In this document: positions 6,790 to 16,637 of the stretch, one piece after another
How positions within the stretch are numbered: position 1 is the stretch's first letter
Layout: every line of letters starts with the position of its first letter
IMG/VR virus record: IMGVR_UViG_3300040801_001099
Span: 1 to 39,953 of that record
From: a virus
Strand: one strand, 5' to 3'
Length of the DNA stretch: 39,953 nt
Translations under genes and position numbers: made by a program
Notes under the pieces: generated by a model
The model's input: only the letters and a program-made list of their open reading frames with translations
What the model was told of the DNA's origin: nothing
Database searches by the model: none

Positions 6790-7570
6790 CCCAACGAGCA
6801 TCGGCAAGGCTCATTCCAACTTGCCACCACGAATCGTCCTGAGTGGCGAGCCAAAAGCTGGCAAAACCACTTGGGCGGCGAAAGCACCGAACCCGATCAT
6901 AATTCCAATTGTCGGAGAGGAGGGTAGCCGAGATCTTAGGAACTTGGATGGCTCGACTATTGAAGTGCCGGCAACGCCGACAATAACAACCCATCGCGAT
7001 CTACTTGAGGTTCTTGATTGGCTATATGTAGGCAAACATGACTACAAGACGGTCGTTATTGACTCGTTATCTAGCCTTGATCGAATGGAGACAAAAGAAA
7101 TTTTGGATGGTGATTCAGCAAAGTCTAAATCACTTAATGAGGTTGGCGGTGGCTTTGGAAAGGGCTCTGGACAGCTTGAGATGAGGCAGCGTCTTGTGGC
7201 GCAAGCTTTAACTAAGGTTAATGAGAGTAGAAACATGTTGGTAATTTGCACTGCACACGTTAGGCATCGTGACGTTGTAGATGCAGAGACGCTTAAAGAA
7301 TACGAGGCTTTCGAGCTTGCCTTAAATAACAAGACTATTGAAGTTTATGAACAATGGTCTGACTTTATGCTTTTTGCAAGCAAGGGGTATTACATAGGCG
7401 AGGATGGACATGCAACATCTAAAAAACACAAACTTATCATCCACGGCAAAGCACATCTGCCTGTCGGCGGACGTGGGTTGGCGTCTAAACTGCCAGCCGA
7501 GATTGATCTTGATTTCGGAGCATTCTCCGAAGCGATGAAAAAAGCCAAAGCAACTAACAAAGGAGAATAA
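6779..7570 (+). CDS. AAA_24 / Sak4-like RecA-fold ATPase (recombination)
   Basis: Walker A is LSGEPKAGKTT and Walker B is VVIDSLSSLD. Its size, and its position next to a DUF669-like gene, are typical of this family. Confidence 0.8.
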   Translation: MTFDPTSIGKAHSNLPPRIVLSGEPKAGKTTWAAKAPNPIIIPIVGEEGSRDLRNLDGSTIEVPATPTITTHRDLLEVLDWLYVGKHDYKTVVIDSLSSLDRMETKEILDGDSAKSKSLNEVGGGFGKGSGQLEMRQRLVAQALTKVNESRNMLVICTAHVRHRDVVDAETLKEYEAFELALNNKTIEVYEQWSDFMLFASKGYYIGEDGHATSKKHKLIIHGKAHLPVGGRGLASKLPAEIDLDFGAFSEAMKKAKATNKGE

Positions 7571-7572
7571 CT

Positions 7573-8025
7573 ATGGCTGACTTAAACGAGTTCATGGACG
7601 GCTTCGTGCCTGAGAACGATGGTGATTTTGACAAATTCGAAGGACGCTTTCATTGCGTCATCGACGGACTCAAAATCGAGAGTGAAGACGGCTCCACCCG
7701 TGCGAGCTTCACATTCAAAGTGAAAGGCCCGACGAGAGTTGGACGCTTGGCCTGGGCGAACTGCTACCTGTCGCACAAGAATCCCAAAGCTGTCGCTGCT
7801 GGCAAAGGTACGATTCACAAGATCGCCACCGCCATCGGCGTACCCACCACGAGTGGCAAAGATGCATACATCGGTGAAGAGCTGTATGCGACATTTAAGC
7901 TGTCTGATGACGGCAAGTACCAGAACCTGACGAAGGCAGAGCCGTATGAACCTGAGCCTGAAGCCAGTGTCCCGGCTGCTTCGCCGAGCGTGGACAGTGC
8001 CGATGGCGAGGAGTTCCCATTCTAA
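7573..8025 (+). CDS. DUF669-like single-strand DNA-binding protein
   Basis: It sits immediately after the Sak4-like ATPase. It has a disordered acidic tail ending ...DSADGEEFPF, which resembles an SSB C-terminal tip. Confidence 0.6.
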   Translation: MADLNEFMDGFVPENDGDFDKFEGRFHCVIDGLKIESEDGSTRASFTFKVKGPTRVGRLAWANCYLSHKNPKAVAAGKGTIHKIATAIGVPTTSGKDAYIGEELYATFKLSDDGKYQNLTKAEPYEPEPEASVPAASPSVDSADGEEFPF

Positions 8026-8321
8026 TGCCTACCATCGAACACATGGAAGTAGTAGAAAACTACGTTGATGCCAAGTTGCAGATCAAGGCGCTTGAGCTGA
8101 AAGCGAAGTTGATACAAGACGAAGTGCTTGCCATCGTAAAAGAAGCTGGTGGCAAGCTTGAGTTCAATGGAGCGGTTCTGGCGACAGGAACTCGCAAAAA
8201 GTGGGAGTATCCGTCAGCGATTGCAGACATGGATGACGCACTCAAGCAAGCCAAGAAGAACGCTGAAACCGATGGCGATGCCACCTTCACTGAATCTGAT
8301 TACGTCATATGCAAAGGGTGA
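8025..8321 (+). CDS. Hypothetical coiled-coil protein
   Basis: 98-aa ORF with a TAATG overlap with the upstream gene. Confidence 0.6.
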   Translation: MPTIEHMEVVENYVDAKLQIKALELKAKLIQDEVLAIVKEAGGKLEFNGAVLATGTRKKWEYPSAIADMDDALKQAKKNAETDGDATFTESDYVICKG

Positions 8322-8470
8322 CAAAAACGTTATGTGATGGTTGCGCACCTGGGAGATAGGTTTCTTTCATTTCCCTGCTCCAACTCCAAGGATTGTGGTC
8401 CCGTGATTCTATAAGCCATCACAACGGGACAACCTATTTCACTAATAACCAACATAGCAAAGGAGCTATT

Positions 8471-8650
8471 ATGAACGACAAGACAGCAATGTATAACACA
8501 AGTGACGCAACCGTCACCATTAAAGCAACTATATCAGTTGAGGCGTTTAAGAACGCATTAGAGATGTATTCTAATTCAGAACTGAGCGTATCATTTGAAA
8601 TGTTCATTGGAACTGAGATCGAATCCTTTAAGGATGGCTCAAATGAGTGA
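8471..8650 (+). CDS. Hypothetical protein
   Basis: AAAGGAG RBS before the internal ATG 8471 of track ORF 8393..8650. Confidence 0.5.
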   Translation: MNDKTAMYNTSDATVTIKATISVEAFKNALEMYSNSELSVSFEMFIGTEIESFKDGSNE

Positions 8651-8864
8651 TTGGCATGACATAAACAAAAAGTTAAGTGCCTCCGAAAGGAGGTTTCTTA
8701 ACAAAGAAAGGTTAGACCTTTATGTTCTTGCAGATAGATTGCGTGATTCTGTTAGAGGCGCAACATGGGAGGATGAAATAGGAAAAATAAAATGCGACAG
8801 GATTATGCGCGATATGTCCTCATTGATGGATAAAATAAATCATATTCCAATTCTTCAAAAATAA
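8634..8864 (+). CDS. Hypothetical protein
   Basis: Internal ATG (8634, or alternatively 8643) of track ORF 8595..8864, overlapping the upstream stop. Confidence 0.5.
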   Translation: MAQMSDWHDINKKLSASERRFLNKERLDLYVLADRLRDSVRGATWEDEIGKIKCDRIMRDMSSLMDKINHIPILQK

Positions 8865-8880
8865 CACCAAAGGACTAACA

Positions 8881-9084
8881 ATGACAAAGAAAACAAAACA
8901 ACGCATGTTGGCAATCTCCGCATCACTCGCTGGGCAGTTGCCATTCAAGCAAGAGCAAGCGATGGCGTTCCAACCGACGCTATTGGCAACGCTGTTGCTC
9001 GGATACTACCTTGGACAAGGGCATAGCGAGAAGCGTGCAGCAGAGAAGGCGCAGAAGCTGGCAGGTGAGGTGATGAGTGAGTAA
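8881..9084 (+). CDS. Hypothetical protein
   Basis: 67-aa ORF with an AAAGGAC RBS. Confidence 0.55.
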   Translation: MTKKTKQRMLAISASLAGQLPFKQEQAMAFQPTLLATLLLGYYLGQGHSEKRAAEKAQKLAGEVMSE

Positions 9085-9271
9085 GAAGCTCAATTACGTC
9101 ATCGGCAGATACTGGTATGATGACTCAAATAATCTGTGTTGCTATACTCTTGGCTCTACCGTGTTTCATGGCACAAAGGAGGATGCTGATAACATGGCAA
9201 AGCACATAACACGCAGAGCAAACAACGGCGAGACATACAAGCCGTATTACATCACAACTGACAGGGATTAA
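9077..9271 (+). CDS. Hypothetical protein
   Basis: 64-aa ORF with a GTG start overlapping the upstream stop. Confidence 0.45.
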   Translation: MSKKLNYVIGRYWYDDSNNLCCYTLGSTVFHGTKEDADNMAKHITRRANNGETYKPYYITTDRD

Positions 9272-9275
9272 GACA

Positions 9276-10325
9276 ATGAATGAAATAAAGGACGCAATAT
9301 ACAACGCAATCAAACGTGAGCGTGACGCTGAACCGCCACGTCAGTACTTGGGCGCATCGTCCATTGGCCGTGACTGTGACCGTGAAATCTGGTACGGCTT
9401 TCGGCACGGTGGGACTAAGTCGCAATTCAACGGGCGGACATACCGTTTGTTCGAGCATGGCGACACCGAAGAAGAGCGCATAGTCCGTGACTTACGCCGT
9501 GCCGGGTTCAAGGTTATAGACAAAAAGCCGGACGGCGAGCAAATCGGATTTGAGACGCATGGCGGCATGTTCCGTGGACACATCGACGGCGTGATCCTGC
9601 TTGACGGCGAGCCAACTCTGTTGGAATGCAAGACGGCGAATGAGAAGTCGTTTGACAAGATGGCGAAAGACGGCATCAAGAAGTCGAAGCCAGAATACTA
9701 TGCTCAAGCGCAAATCTATATGCACTACGTCGAGGGCAAGTCTGCTTTGAGAAAGGCTTTGTTCTTTGTCGTCAACAAAAACAACGACGACATCTACACC
9801 GAACTCATCGACTACAACGAGACGAATGCCAAGCGTTACAGTGATAGAGCGTTGTCGATTATCCAAACTACTCACGAGGCCACAGCGTCACCTGGGTGGA
9901 AGTGCGGATTCTGTGCATTTGCCAACATGTGCAAGGCGCATAACAAGCCGAAGGATGAGACGCTACCCGCCGTCCCAGTGGCAATCAAATCGTGTCGGCA
10001 ATGCGTTCATTCGGAGTTCGTGAATAGCGAATGGCGATGCAAAAAGCACGGCGTAACGCTAGACTTCGACGCACAGCTCAAGGCATGTGGCGACCATGTG
10101 TTCTTGCCTGACTTCGTTGGATTTGCCGACGCTGTTGACTTTGCTGATGACGGCATAAACTACCGCAAACCGAATGGCGAAGAGTTCAATCAAGGACCGA
10201 ATGGCATTGACAGCGAGGCAATGATGTTCTATGCACCAGCGTATATCAACAAAGACAACGCCGAAGAACTGATTAAGCGAGCATTCGGTGGCAAAGTAAC
10301 CGAGCGTGAGGAGGCTCCATTCTAA
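9276..10325 (+). CDS. PD-(D/E)XK (Cas4/RecB-like) nuclease with Cys clusters
   Basis: GHIDGVILLDG...LLECKT (D...ExK) and QAQIYMHY (QxxxY). One N-terminal Cys (GRDCD) plus CGFCAFANMC is a Cas4-like 4-Cys pattern. An extra C-terminal CRQC...CKKH...CGDH segment follows. The protein ends EEAPF. Confidence 0.8.
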   Translation: MNEIKDAIYNAIKRERDAEPPRQYLGASSIGRDCDREIWYGFRHGGTKSQFNGRTYRLFEHGDTEEERIVRDLRRAGFKVIDKKPDGEQIGFETHGGMFRGHIDGVILLDGEPTLLECKTANEKSFDKMAKDGIKKSKPEYYAQAQIYMHYVEGKSALRKALFFVVNKNNDDIYTELIDYNETNAKRYSDRALSIIQTTHEATASPGWKCGFCAFANMCKAHNKPKDETLPAVPVAIKSCRQCVHSEFVNSEWRCKKHGVTLDFDAQLKACGDHVFLPDFVGFADAVDFADDGINYRKPNGEEFNQGPNGIDSEAMMFYAPAYINKDNAEELIKRAFGGKVTEREEAPF

Positions 10326-10552
10326 TGAGCAAATACGAGATAAACACAGTCAAGTGCATATCGGCAAAGCTGAAAGGCTTCTGCTATTTATGCGCCGAAG
10401 ACAACGCATACATAACCGTCACAGCGTGGCAGAATGGCGAAGGCCACGAAATCGAAATCCAACGGAAGCACACCACAGAGAAGTTCGGGCTAACGCATGG
10501 CGAGCTTGAAGCACTTGTGTTCTTGCGCAAGGCGTTGGAGGTGGGTGAATGA
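10325..10552 (+). CDS. Hypothetical protein
   Basis: 75-aa ORF with a TAATG overlap. Confidence 0.6.
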   Translation: MSKYEINTVKCISAKLKGFCYLCAEDNAYITVTAWQNGEGHEIEIQRKHTTEKFGLTHGELEALVFLRKALEVGE

Positions 10553-10573
10553 ACGGCAAAAAGGACAAATAAA

Positions 10574-10771
10574 ATGACGAGAGAAGAATACAAACAAAAA
10601 CTGATTGACCACTTCCCAGGGCTTGATAAGCGAGAGCCTATCACATTCGCTCATGGCGATGACGTGCTACGAATGCTGATGCAAGCGTATGACATCGCAT
10701 GGACGCAAGGAAGCAAAGATGAGTCGGAGAAGCGATTTGGCGATTTGATGGATGTATTTGGTGTGTTTTAA
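10574..10771 (+). CDS. Hypothetical protein
   Basis: 65-aa ORF with an AAAGGAC RBS. Confidence 0.55.
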   Translation: MTREEYKQKLIDHFPGLDKREPITFAHGDDVLRMLMQAYDIAWTQGSKDESEKRFGDLMDVFGVF

Positions 10772-10781
10772 CAAAAGGAGC

Positions 10782-11132
10782 ATGATGTGTTATTCAGTTA
10801 AACCAAACAATTCCGGCGGTCCCGGATGGTATGTCGTTAACGCTGATGGTAAAACTGTGTGTTGGGTGTACGAACAGCCATATGGAGGCCCAGACAAGAA
10901 GAGAGCGGGAGCTATTGCACGGATGCTCAACAATAACCTCACCGGACGGGCCGAACAGGACTGTTCGGTGGAGGGAGTGGTTGGGAAGCCTGTCTTAGGT
11001 TATGGTCCAAACGCCGTGCGTGGAGTGAATGGGGGGATCAGTTGCAAGGTTTGCGGTCTGTCAATTCATTCGTGCGGAGGATTTCATCCCAACGCACAGG
11101 ATAATCGGCAAAGCGAAGCGGAGTCCGATTGA
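10782..11132 (+). CDS. Hypothetical Cys-containing protein
   Basis: AAAGGAG lies directly upstream of ATG 10782/10785 within track ORF 10752..11132. Confidence 0.55.
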   Translation: MMCYSVKPNNSGGPGWYVVNADGKTVCWVYEQPYGGPDKKRAGAIARMLNNNLTGRAEQDCSVEGVVGKPVLGYGPNAVRGVNGGISCKVCGLSIHSCGGFHPNAQDNRQSEAESD

Positions 11133-11164
11133 TCCGATTGTTAAAACAAACCAAGGAGAATAAA

Positions 11165-11257
11165 ATGAACAAGACACTATATTGCAATGGACAGCCGTTT
11201 GACTGGAGCGGATACAATCTCGACTGCGTGGCTGATGCCGTGTGGGATGGCGAGTGA
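11165..11257 (+). CDS. Mini-ORF (30 aa)
   Basis: AAGGAGA RBS. Hand-translated as MNKTLYCNGQPFDWSGYNLDCVADAVWDGE. Its stop abuts the helicase ATG. Confidence 0.3.
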   Translation: MNKTLYCNGQPFDWSGYNLDCVADAVWDGE

Positions 11258-12868
11258 ATGCAGTTAAGATACTACCAGCAAGAAGCGGTAGATGCTATCT
11301 GCAAATACCTGCGTGAGCAAGACGGCAACCCGTGTGTGGAGATCCCGACCGGAGCCGGGAAGAGTCTAATCCTATCATCACTAATCCAACGCTGGCTATC
11401 ACGCAAGCCAGATGTCAAGGTGCTTGTTCTCGCCCACCGCAAGGAGCTGGTTGAACAGAACGTTGCAGAATTTGCAACCTTGTGTCCATCGGTGCAGACA
11501 GGCGTGTACTGCGCTGGCCTTGGGCGCAAGGATGGCGAGATGAACATCACGTTCGCCGCCATTGATTCGCTATACAAGCATCCGAGCCGAGTGTTCGCTC
11601 CGCATGTGGTGATTGTCGATGAATGTCATCTTATATCACCAAAGGACGGCACGAAGTATCAAAAGCTACTAGCCAACTTTCGCAATCGCAACCCAAAGGT
11701 GCGAGTGGTGGGTTTGACGGCGACACCATACCGCATGGATTCTGGCAACATCTGCCATGACGACTTCATTCTCAACGAGATCGTGTATCGTGCGGATGTA
11801 GGCAAGCTGATTGATGAAGGGTTTCTGTCACAGATTAGAGCTAAGTTGCAACCTTCACCCGACACGAGCAATGTGCGGAAGAATGGCAAGGGTGACTATG
11901 TGACAGCGTCATTGGCATCGGTGGTGGACGTGCCGAAGGTGGTGCAATCCGCCGTGAAGGAAGCTGTTCGCATCATTGAAGCCGAGAACCGCAAGGGCGT
12001 AATGTTCTTCTGCGTGAATCAAGAGCATAGCGAGCATGTCTCAGCGTGTTTGGCAACGCATGGCATACATGCACCAGTCGTGACGGCAAAGACTCCTGCA
12101 AGCGAGCGTGATCATATTGTAGCTAAGTTCAAGAATCGTGCATTAAGGTGCATTGTGAACATCGACGTGTACACCACCGGGTTCAATGCAAAGCATGTGG
12201 ATTGCATTGTGATGCTTCGTCCTACGCTGTCCAAAGGGCTGTATTCTCAGATTCTGGGCAGGGGATTGCGAATCCATCCAGACAAGCAGGATTGTCTCGT
12301 GCTTGATTTCGCTGGCAACATCGAGCGACACGGGCCGATTGATTGCTTGTCTGGTGATCGTGTCCGAATGCACAAATGCGGTGGATGTGGTGATTCGTTC
12401 GCGTTCCCGCTTGGCAAGTGTCCGCATTGCGACACCCCCATCCCAAAAGAAAAGCGTGAAGCGGTGGAAAAAGAAGAGCGTGAACGTAAGCTCCACGACG
12501 AGCGGATAGCGCAAGCACAGATTCTTGGCGCACAGCCACAGGACCACAAGGTAGACGAAGTGATGGTGCATCGGCATGTTAAGCCAGGCGGAGTTGACTC
12601 GCTCCGTGTCGAGTACCGCTGCGGGCTGAACGTCTACCGTGAATGGGTGTGCCTAGACCACGGCGGACAAGCTGGCAAGGATGCTCGCAAGTGGTGGTTG
12701 GCAAGATTCGATGAGCCAGTTCCCACCGTTGACGACGCACTCGATGGAATGCTCGGCGGATTTACTTTAGGAAAGAAGTTGACAGACATGACAATTTCTA
12801 TAAGCACGAAGAAAGACGGCAAGTACGACCGTATTATCTGGCATCAAATCAAAGGACGAAAATTATGA
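11258..12868 (+). CDS. SF2 DEAH-box DNA helicase with C-terminal zinc ribbon
   Basis: Motif I is PTGAGKS, motif II is DECH, motif III is TATP and motif VI is QILGRGLR. CGGCGDSF...CPHC forms the zinc ribbon. Confidence 0.9.
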   Translation: MQLRYYQQEAVDAICKYLREQDGNPCVEIPTGAGKSLILSSLIQRWLSRKPDVKVLVLAHRKELVEQNVAEFATLCPSVQTGVYCAGLGRKDGEMNITFAAIDSLYKHPSRVFAPHVVIVDECHLISPKDGTKYQKLLANFRNRNPKVRVVGLTATPYRMDSGNICHDDFILNEIVYRADVGKLIDEGFLSQIRAKLQPSPDTSNVRKNGKGDYVTASLASVVDVPKVVQSAVKEAVRIIEAENRKGVMFFCVNQEHSEHVSACLATHGIHAPVVTAKTPASERDHIVAKFKNRALRCIVNIDVYTTGFNAKHVDCIVMLRPTLSKGLYSQILGRGLRIHPDKQDCLVLDFAGNIERHGPIDCLSGDRVRMHKCGGCGDSFAFPLGKCPHCDTPIPKEKREAVEKEERERKLHDERIAQAQILGAQPQDHKVDEVMVHRHVKPGGVDSLRVEYRCGLNVYREWVCLDHGGQAGKDARKWWLARFDEPVPTVDDALDGMLGGFTLGKKLTDMTISISTKKDGKYDRIIWHQIKGRKL

Positions 12869-13146
12869 ATGAATCAAAACATACGCCTGGACCGTGGAGT
12901 GCACACGCAACAGGTCTTTGCAGAAGCGGACTTCCTGAACACGAAATACATTGGTCATCAGATGGTGAATGCGTATGTGAAATTGTACATGGTGAAGCCG
13001 AAGCCCACTTGATTTCCGCTGCGCCTGATATGCTGGAAGTGATATTTAACGTGTGCGCTCTTGGTGACGGCATGGACTCTGAGACGTGGCCGGAAGTGCT
13101 GGAAATGGCGAGGAAGGCGTTGGATAAAGCGGAGGGAAGGGAATGA
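12865..13146 (+). CDS. Hypothetical phage protein (HTPGPW ... AAPDMLE type)
   Basis: 93-aa ORF with an ATGA overlap. The motif pair is common in small prophage proteins of unknown function. Confidence 0.6.
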   Translation: MNESKHTPGPWSAHATGLCRSGLPEHEIHWSSDGECVCEIVHGEAEAHLISAAPDMLEVIFNVCALGDGMDSETWPEVLEMARKALDKAEGRE

Positions 13147-13325
13147 TAGCATACCCAAACGACGACAGCGAGCAATCCAGCGGGCTCAAGATCAAGCTCC
13201 TTCAACGAGCAATACTCAACATGGATTGGCACATCAAAGAGCTAGAGCAATACGTCGCCGAGTTTGAGGAGAAGGTGCGCAATCGTGATGCCGTCATCGC
13301 CTATCTGAACGAGGAGACGGAATGA
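13143..13325 (+). CDS. Hypothetical coiled-coil protein
   Basis: 60-aa ORF with an ATGA overlap. Confidence 0.5.
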   Translation: MIAYPNDDSEQSSGLKIKLLQRAILNMDWHIKELEQYVAEFEEKVRNRDAVIAYLNEETE

Positions 13326-13606
13326 CAGACGATATGGACGACGACAACGTATCTCCAGTCGCCGGGCGAATCAGGCGGATTGCAAGCGTTGACCCCGCCA
13401 CAATTAACATCGGAGATTTGCCAACCGACGAACAGATGATGGAATATGAGCGGATATTCTGGAGTAGGTGCCAGTTGGATCACAGTGGCAGGCGGACGAG
13501 GACTCCACGGGAGAAGCCAGCGTCTGGGTTTGTGCGTGGACAAAATTCTATGTGGTATTCACAGCGTAAATTAAGAGAAATGAAAAGGGCGAAAAAACAA
13601 TCATGA
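13322..13606 (+). CDS. Hypothetical protein
   Basis: 94-aa ORF with an ATGA overlap. Confidence 0.55.
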   Translation: MTDDMDDDNVSPVAGRIRRIASVDPATINIGDLPTDEQMMEYERIFWSRCQLDHSGRRTRTPREKPASGFVRGQNSMWYSQRKLREMKRAKKQS

Positions 13607-15897
13607 TCGAATCAGCATTACAGTATGCGTCACGGGGTTGGCGGGTGTTTCCATGTGTGCCGGGAGAGAAAAAGCCACTAATCAAAGATTGGCAAAAACT
13701 GGCAACTACTAATAACGATCAAATTAGTAAGTGGTGGAAGAAGTGGCCTGACGCTAACATCGCCATGGCTTGTGGCAAGCCGAGTGGCGTGTGTGTCATC
13801 GACGTTGACGTGAGTGATGGTGGCAACGGCTTTCGTGAGCTTGAAGCGTTGGAGATTGAGGAGTGGGAAACATACTACCAACAGACCCCCAGGGGCGGAA
13901 GGCATTACTTTTTCACCGCTCCTTCTGAGAAGGTGGCGAACGCAATCGGGTTCTTTGGGGTTGGGTCAAAGGTGGATGTGCGTGGCGATGGTGGATATAT
14001 AATGCTTGCGCCATCGGTGACGGAGAAAGGCACGTATCATGCCGAGGATTGCGAGCTTGATTCGTTTCCGAAGCTGTTCATCGCCAAGGAGCGTGAGAAG
14101 CAGGCTCCTATTGATTTTTCTGATGTATATCTTCCGAAGTGTGTAGCTGAGTGTTCGACAAGGCTAGAGGAGGCTGAGGCGTATTTGAGAAGAGTCGAGC
14201 CTGCCGTGCTTGGCGATTCCGGGCATGCTAGATTGCTGAAGACCTGCCGTGAGCTTGTTTTCGGATACTTTATCAAGCCAGCGAAGGCTTTAGAATTGCT
14301 TTGGCAAATCTACAATCCGAAGTGTCAGCCACCGTGGGACTCCAGCGACGAAGCGGATGTTAGAGACTTTGAGCGTAAGGTGGTTGAGGTGCTGAAATTC
14401 CCACCGCATGTTATGGGCTTTTTGTTGAAGTGCTATACCAAAGAAGAAGAGGCATACACAGATGTCTTGGTAAACGGCGAGGCACAAGACCTAAACATTG
14501 GTGAGGTGATTACGCAAGAGACTTTTTGTGGTGGTGTGAAATACGAAACAAGAGATAAGGATTTAGAGAGGGAGGGGGTTGCAACTGTATCAATCCCGAA
14601 AGGAAAAGACCCTATCGCACAAATGCAATACGATTACGAGCATGGCAAAACAAAGCTACAGCTCGCTTGCCCGCCTGGGATTGTGGGAGACTTGGCGAAG
14701 CACATCTATTCCACCGCTGGGAAGAGTCAGCCTTTTCTTGCGCTTGGCGCGGCCTTATCCGCACATGCAGCGTTGATGGGTAGAACATTTAGAGACGAAG
14801 ACAACACACGAACCAACATGTATTGCTTTGGCATCGCTCCGTCATCAGCTGGAAAAGACCACCCAACCAAGATGATTGACCGATTGTTTGTAGAGTCTGG
14901 GGTTGGAAATATGGTGGGCGGAAGTGACCTTACGTCTGACACAGCCATGATGAACGGGCTGAAAGGTTTAGAACGGCAATCTGGATTCATGTTAATATGG
15001 GACGAGTGCGGGCATATTGTCCGTAACGTGAAGAACGGCGCGCACGGCGGGTCTTCAAACACCATCATTCCAATGTTGATGAGGCTATACTCCGCTGCAT
15101 CTTCCACTTACCGTCCAAAAATGATGGCCAATAAAGAAGATCAGCTTCAGCCTATTGAACAACCACATGTCTGCTTGTGGGGAGTGACGACTCACGAGGC
15201 TCTGTTTGGCGCAATGAAGATGGAATCATTGCGTGACGGGTTTCTCGGACGTATCCTGCCATTTGTCAGCGATCTTGAGCCAGTGTATGTTAGCGGTAGA
15301 TATGCCCCGTGGCCAAAGCACATACTTAAACACTGGAGTAAAATGTACGATTTGACATTGGAAATAGACGACTCCAATTTATTGGGGCTTCCAAAGATTA
15401 CAGTGATTAAAGAAGAAGATTCTGCTCGTGTGATGCGAGAAAGGTTTTGCCGTTTGTGTGAGCAAGTAAAGGTCGCATACAAAAACGATCATGAGGCTCT
15501 TTGGGGCAAGGCTCACGAGAATTGTCGCAAGATTGCGCTAACCATCGCTGGCGGTACGCAAGAGAAAATGATTACTGGAGAGATCATGGACTACTCAATC
15601 GAACTTACTCGTATGCTTGTCATTGACTACCAACGGCAAGTTGATGAAAACATTTTTGAGACAGAGCATGAGAAGCGTGTAAAACAGGCTGTACAGAAGC
15701 TTAGAAAGAAGGTGGGCGGAGAGCTGTTCTCAAAAACAGACTTTACAAAAGCCAATTATTATCTTAAGTCAAAGGAGCGAGATGAAGTTTGGGAGGATAT
15801 TATTGAAGAGTCGCATGGATTTGTGACTAAGACTAAGAAATCTGTCGCCAAGAAATATAAGTTAGTCGATGCACAAACAAACAAAAAGGAGCAATGA
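13603..15897 (+). CDS. Bifunctional primase-polymerase (PrimPol) fused to a DUF3987/D5-like helicase domain
   Basis: The N-terminus YASRGWRVFPCVPGEKKP...VIDVDV...GGRHYFF...VDVRGDGGYIMLAPS is typical of Prim-Pol. A central Walker A-like APSSAGKD and a Walker B-like LIWDECGH follow. Confidence 0.88.
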   Translation: MIESALQYASRGWRVFPCVPGEKKPLIKDWQKLATTNNDQISKWWKKWPDANIAMACGKPSGVCVIDVDVSDGGNGFRELEALEIEEWETYYQQTPRGGRHYFFTAPSEKVANAIGFFGVGSKVDVRGDGGYIMLAPSVTEKGTYHAEDCELDSFPKLFIAKEREKQAPIDFSDVYLPKCVAECSTRLEEAEAYLRRVEPAVLGDSGHARLLKTCRELVFGYFIKPAKALELLWQIYNPKCQPPWDSSDEADVRDFERKVVEVLKFPPHVMGFLLKCYTKEEEAYTDVLVNGEAQDLNIGEVITQETFCGGVKYETRDKDLEREGVATVSIPKGKDPIAQMQYDYEHGKTKLQLACPPGIVGDLAKHIYSTAGKSQPFLALGAALSAHAALMGRTFRDEDNTRTNMYCFGIAPSSAGKDHPTKMIDRLFVESGVGNMVGGSDLTSDTAMMNGLKGLERQSGFMLIWDECGHIVRNVKNGAHGGSSNTIIPMLMRLYSAASSTYRPKMMANKEDQLQPIEQPHVCLWGVTTHEALFGAMKMESLRDGFLGRILPFVSDLEPVYVSGRYAPWPKHILKHWSKMYDLTLEIDDSNLLGLPKITVIKEEDSARVMRERFCRLCEQVKVAYKNDHEALWGKAHENCRKIALTIAGGTQEKMITGEIMDYSIELTRMLVIDYQRQVDENIFETEHEKRVKQAVQKLRKKVGGELFSKTDFTKANYYLKSKERDEVWEDIIEESHGFVTKTKKSVAKKYKLVDAQTNKKEQ

Positions 15898-15898
15898 T

Positions 15899-16240
15899 AT
15901 GAGTGAATCAAAAGAGCATTCCCTCTTCCTGCCGGATGGGTGGGGGTGGAAACAAAACAGACAAGGTGAGTGGTTCGTTTATAACACCGAGGATGGAGAA
16001 GCTGTTTATCCTGAAGATATGCGAGAATGGTCCGTATTCATTGGTCTCCACCCCAGCGAGGGCGGCGGGTTTCAGCGCTATGTGCCGGGTGATCCGATGC
16101 CGTGTGATGGAGGATTACTTATAGATGTGCCTTGGTTGGATGATATCACGACCTATAAGGCCAACGAGTACTATTGGTCGAGACATATCAAGTATGCGAC
16201 CGTAACAGCATGGCGACCGCACTTTCCGCAGGAGCAATAA
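15899..16240 (+). CDS. Hypothetical protein
   Basis: Internal ATG of track ORF 15869..16240, just after the primase stop, preceded by AAAGGAG. Confidence 0.6.
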   Translation: MSESKEHSLFLPDGWGWKQNRQGEWFVYNTEDGEAVYPEDMREWSVFIGLHPSEGGGFQRYVPGDPMPCDGGLLIDVPWLDDITTYKANEYYWSRHIKYATVTAWRPHFPQEQ

Positions 16241-16241
16241 C

Positions 16242-16637
16242 ATGCCAGAGCAAGTGACGATCATCATGCCAATGCCACCGAAGGTGCTTACGCCTAACGG
16301 TAGGCCGTTCTCACGCCGTGGCATGATAGGCAAGGCGGTGGCATCCAAGAAGCAACGCTTGCTTGCCATCGAGCGTGTCGAGCAACTCGAGCTTGACACA
16401 ATCCCGTGGCCAGCGGTCAGCGTGAAGTACATCTTCTACCATCCAGTCAATCGACGGCGTGATGACGACAATTACATTGCGTCGATGAAAGCGGCTCGTG
16501 ATGGCATTGTGCAAGCTGGCCTAGTGACTGATGACAACAGTGAATTGTGGTTGACAGAAGGAGCTGAGTTTCTTAAGGGAGATCCTAAGCGAGTAGAAAT
16601 TGTGATGACGAAAATTGAACCAAAGGACAAACGATGA
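16242..16637 (+). CDS. rusA: RusA-family Holliday-junction resolvase
   Basis: PVNRRRDDDNYIASMKAARDGIVQAGLVTDDN parallels E. coli RusA [30 protein letters not shown]. Confidence 0.85.
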   Translation: MPEQVTIIMPMPPKVLTPNGRPFSRRGMIGKAVASKKQRLLAIERVEQLELDTIPWPAVSVKYIFYHPVNRRRDDDNYIASMKAARDGIVQAGLVTDDNSELWLTEGAEFLKGDPKRVEIVMTKIEPKDKR

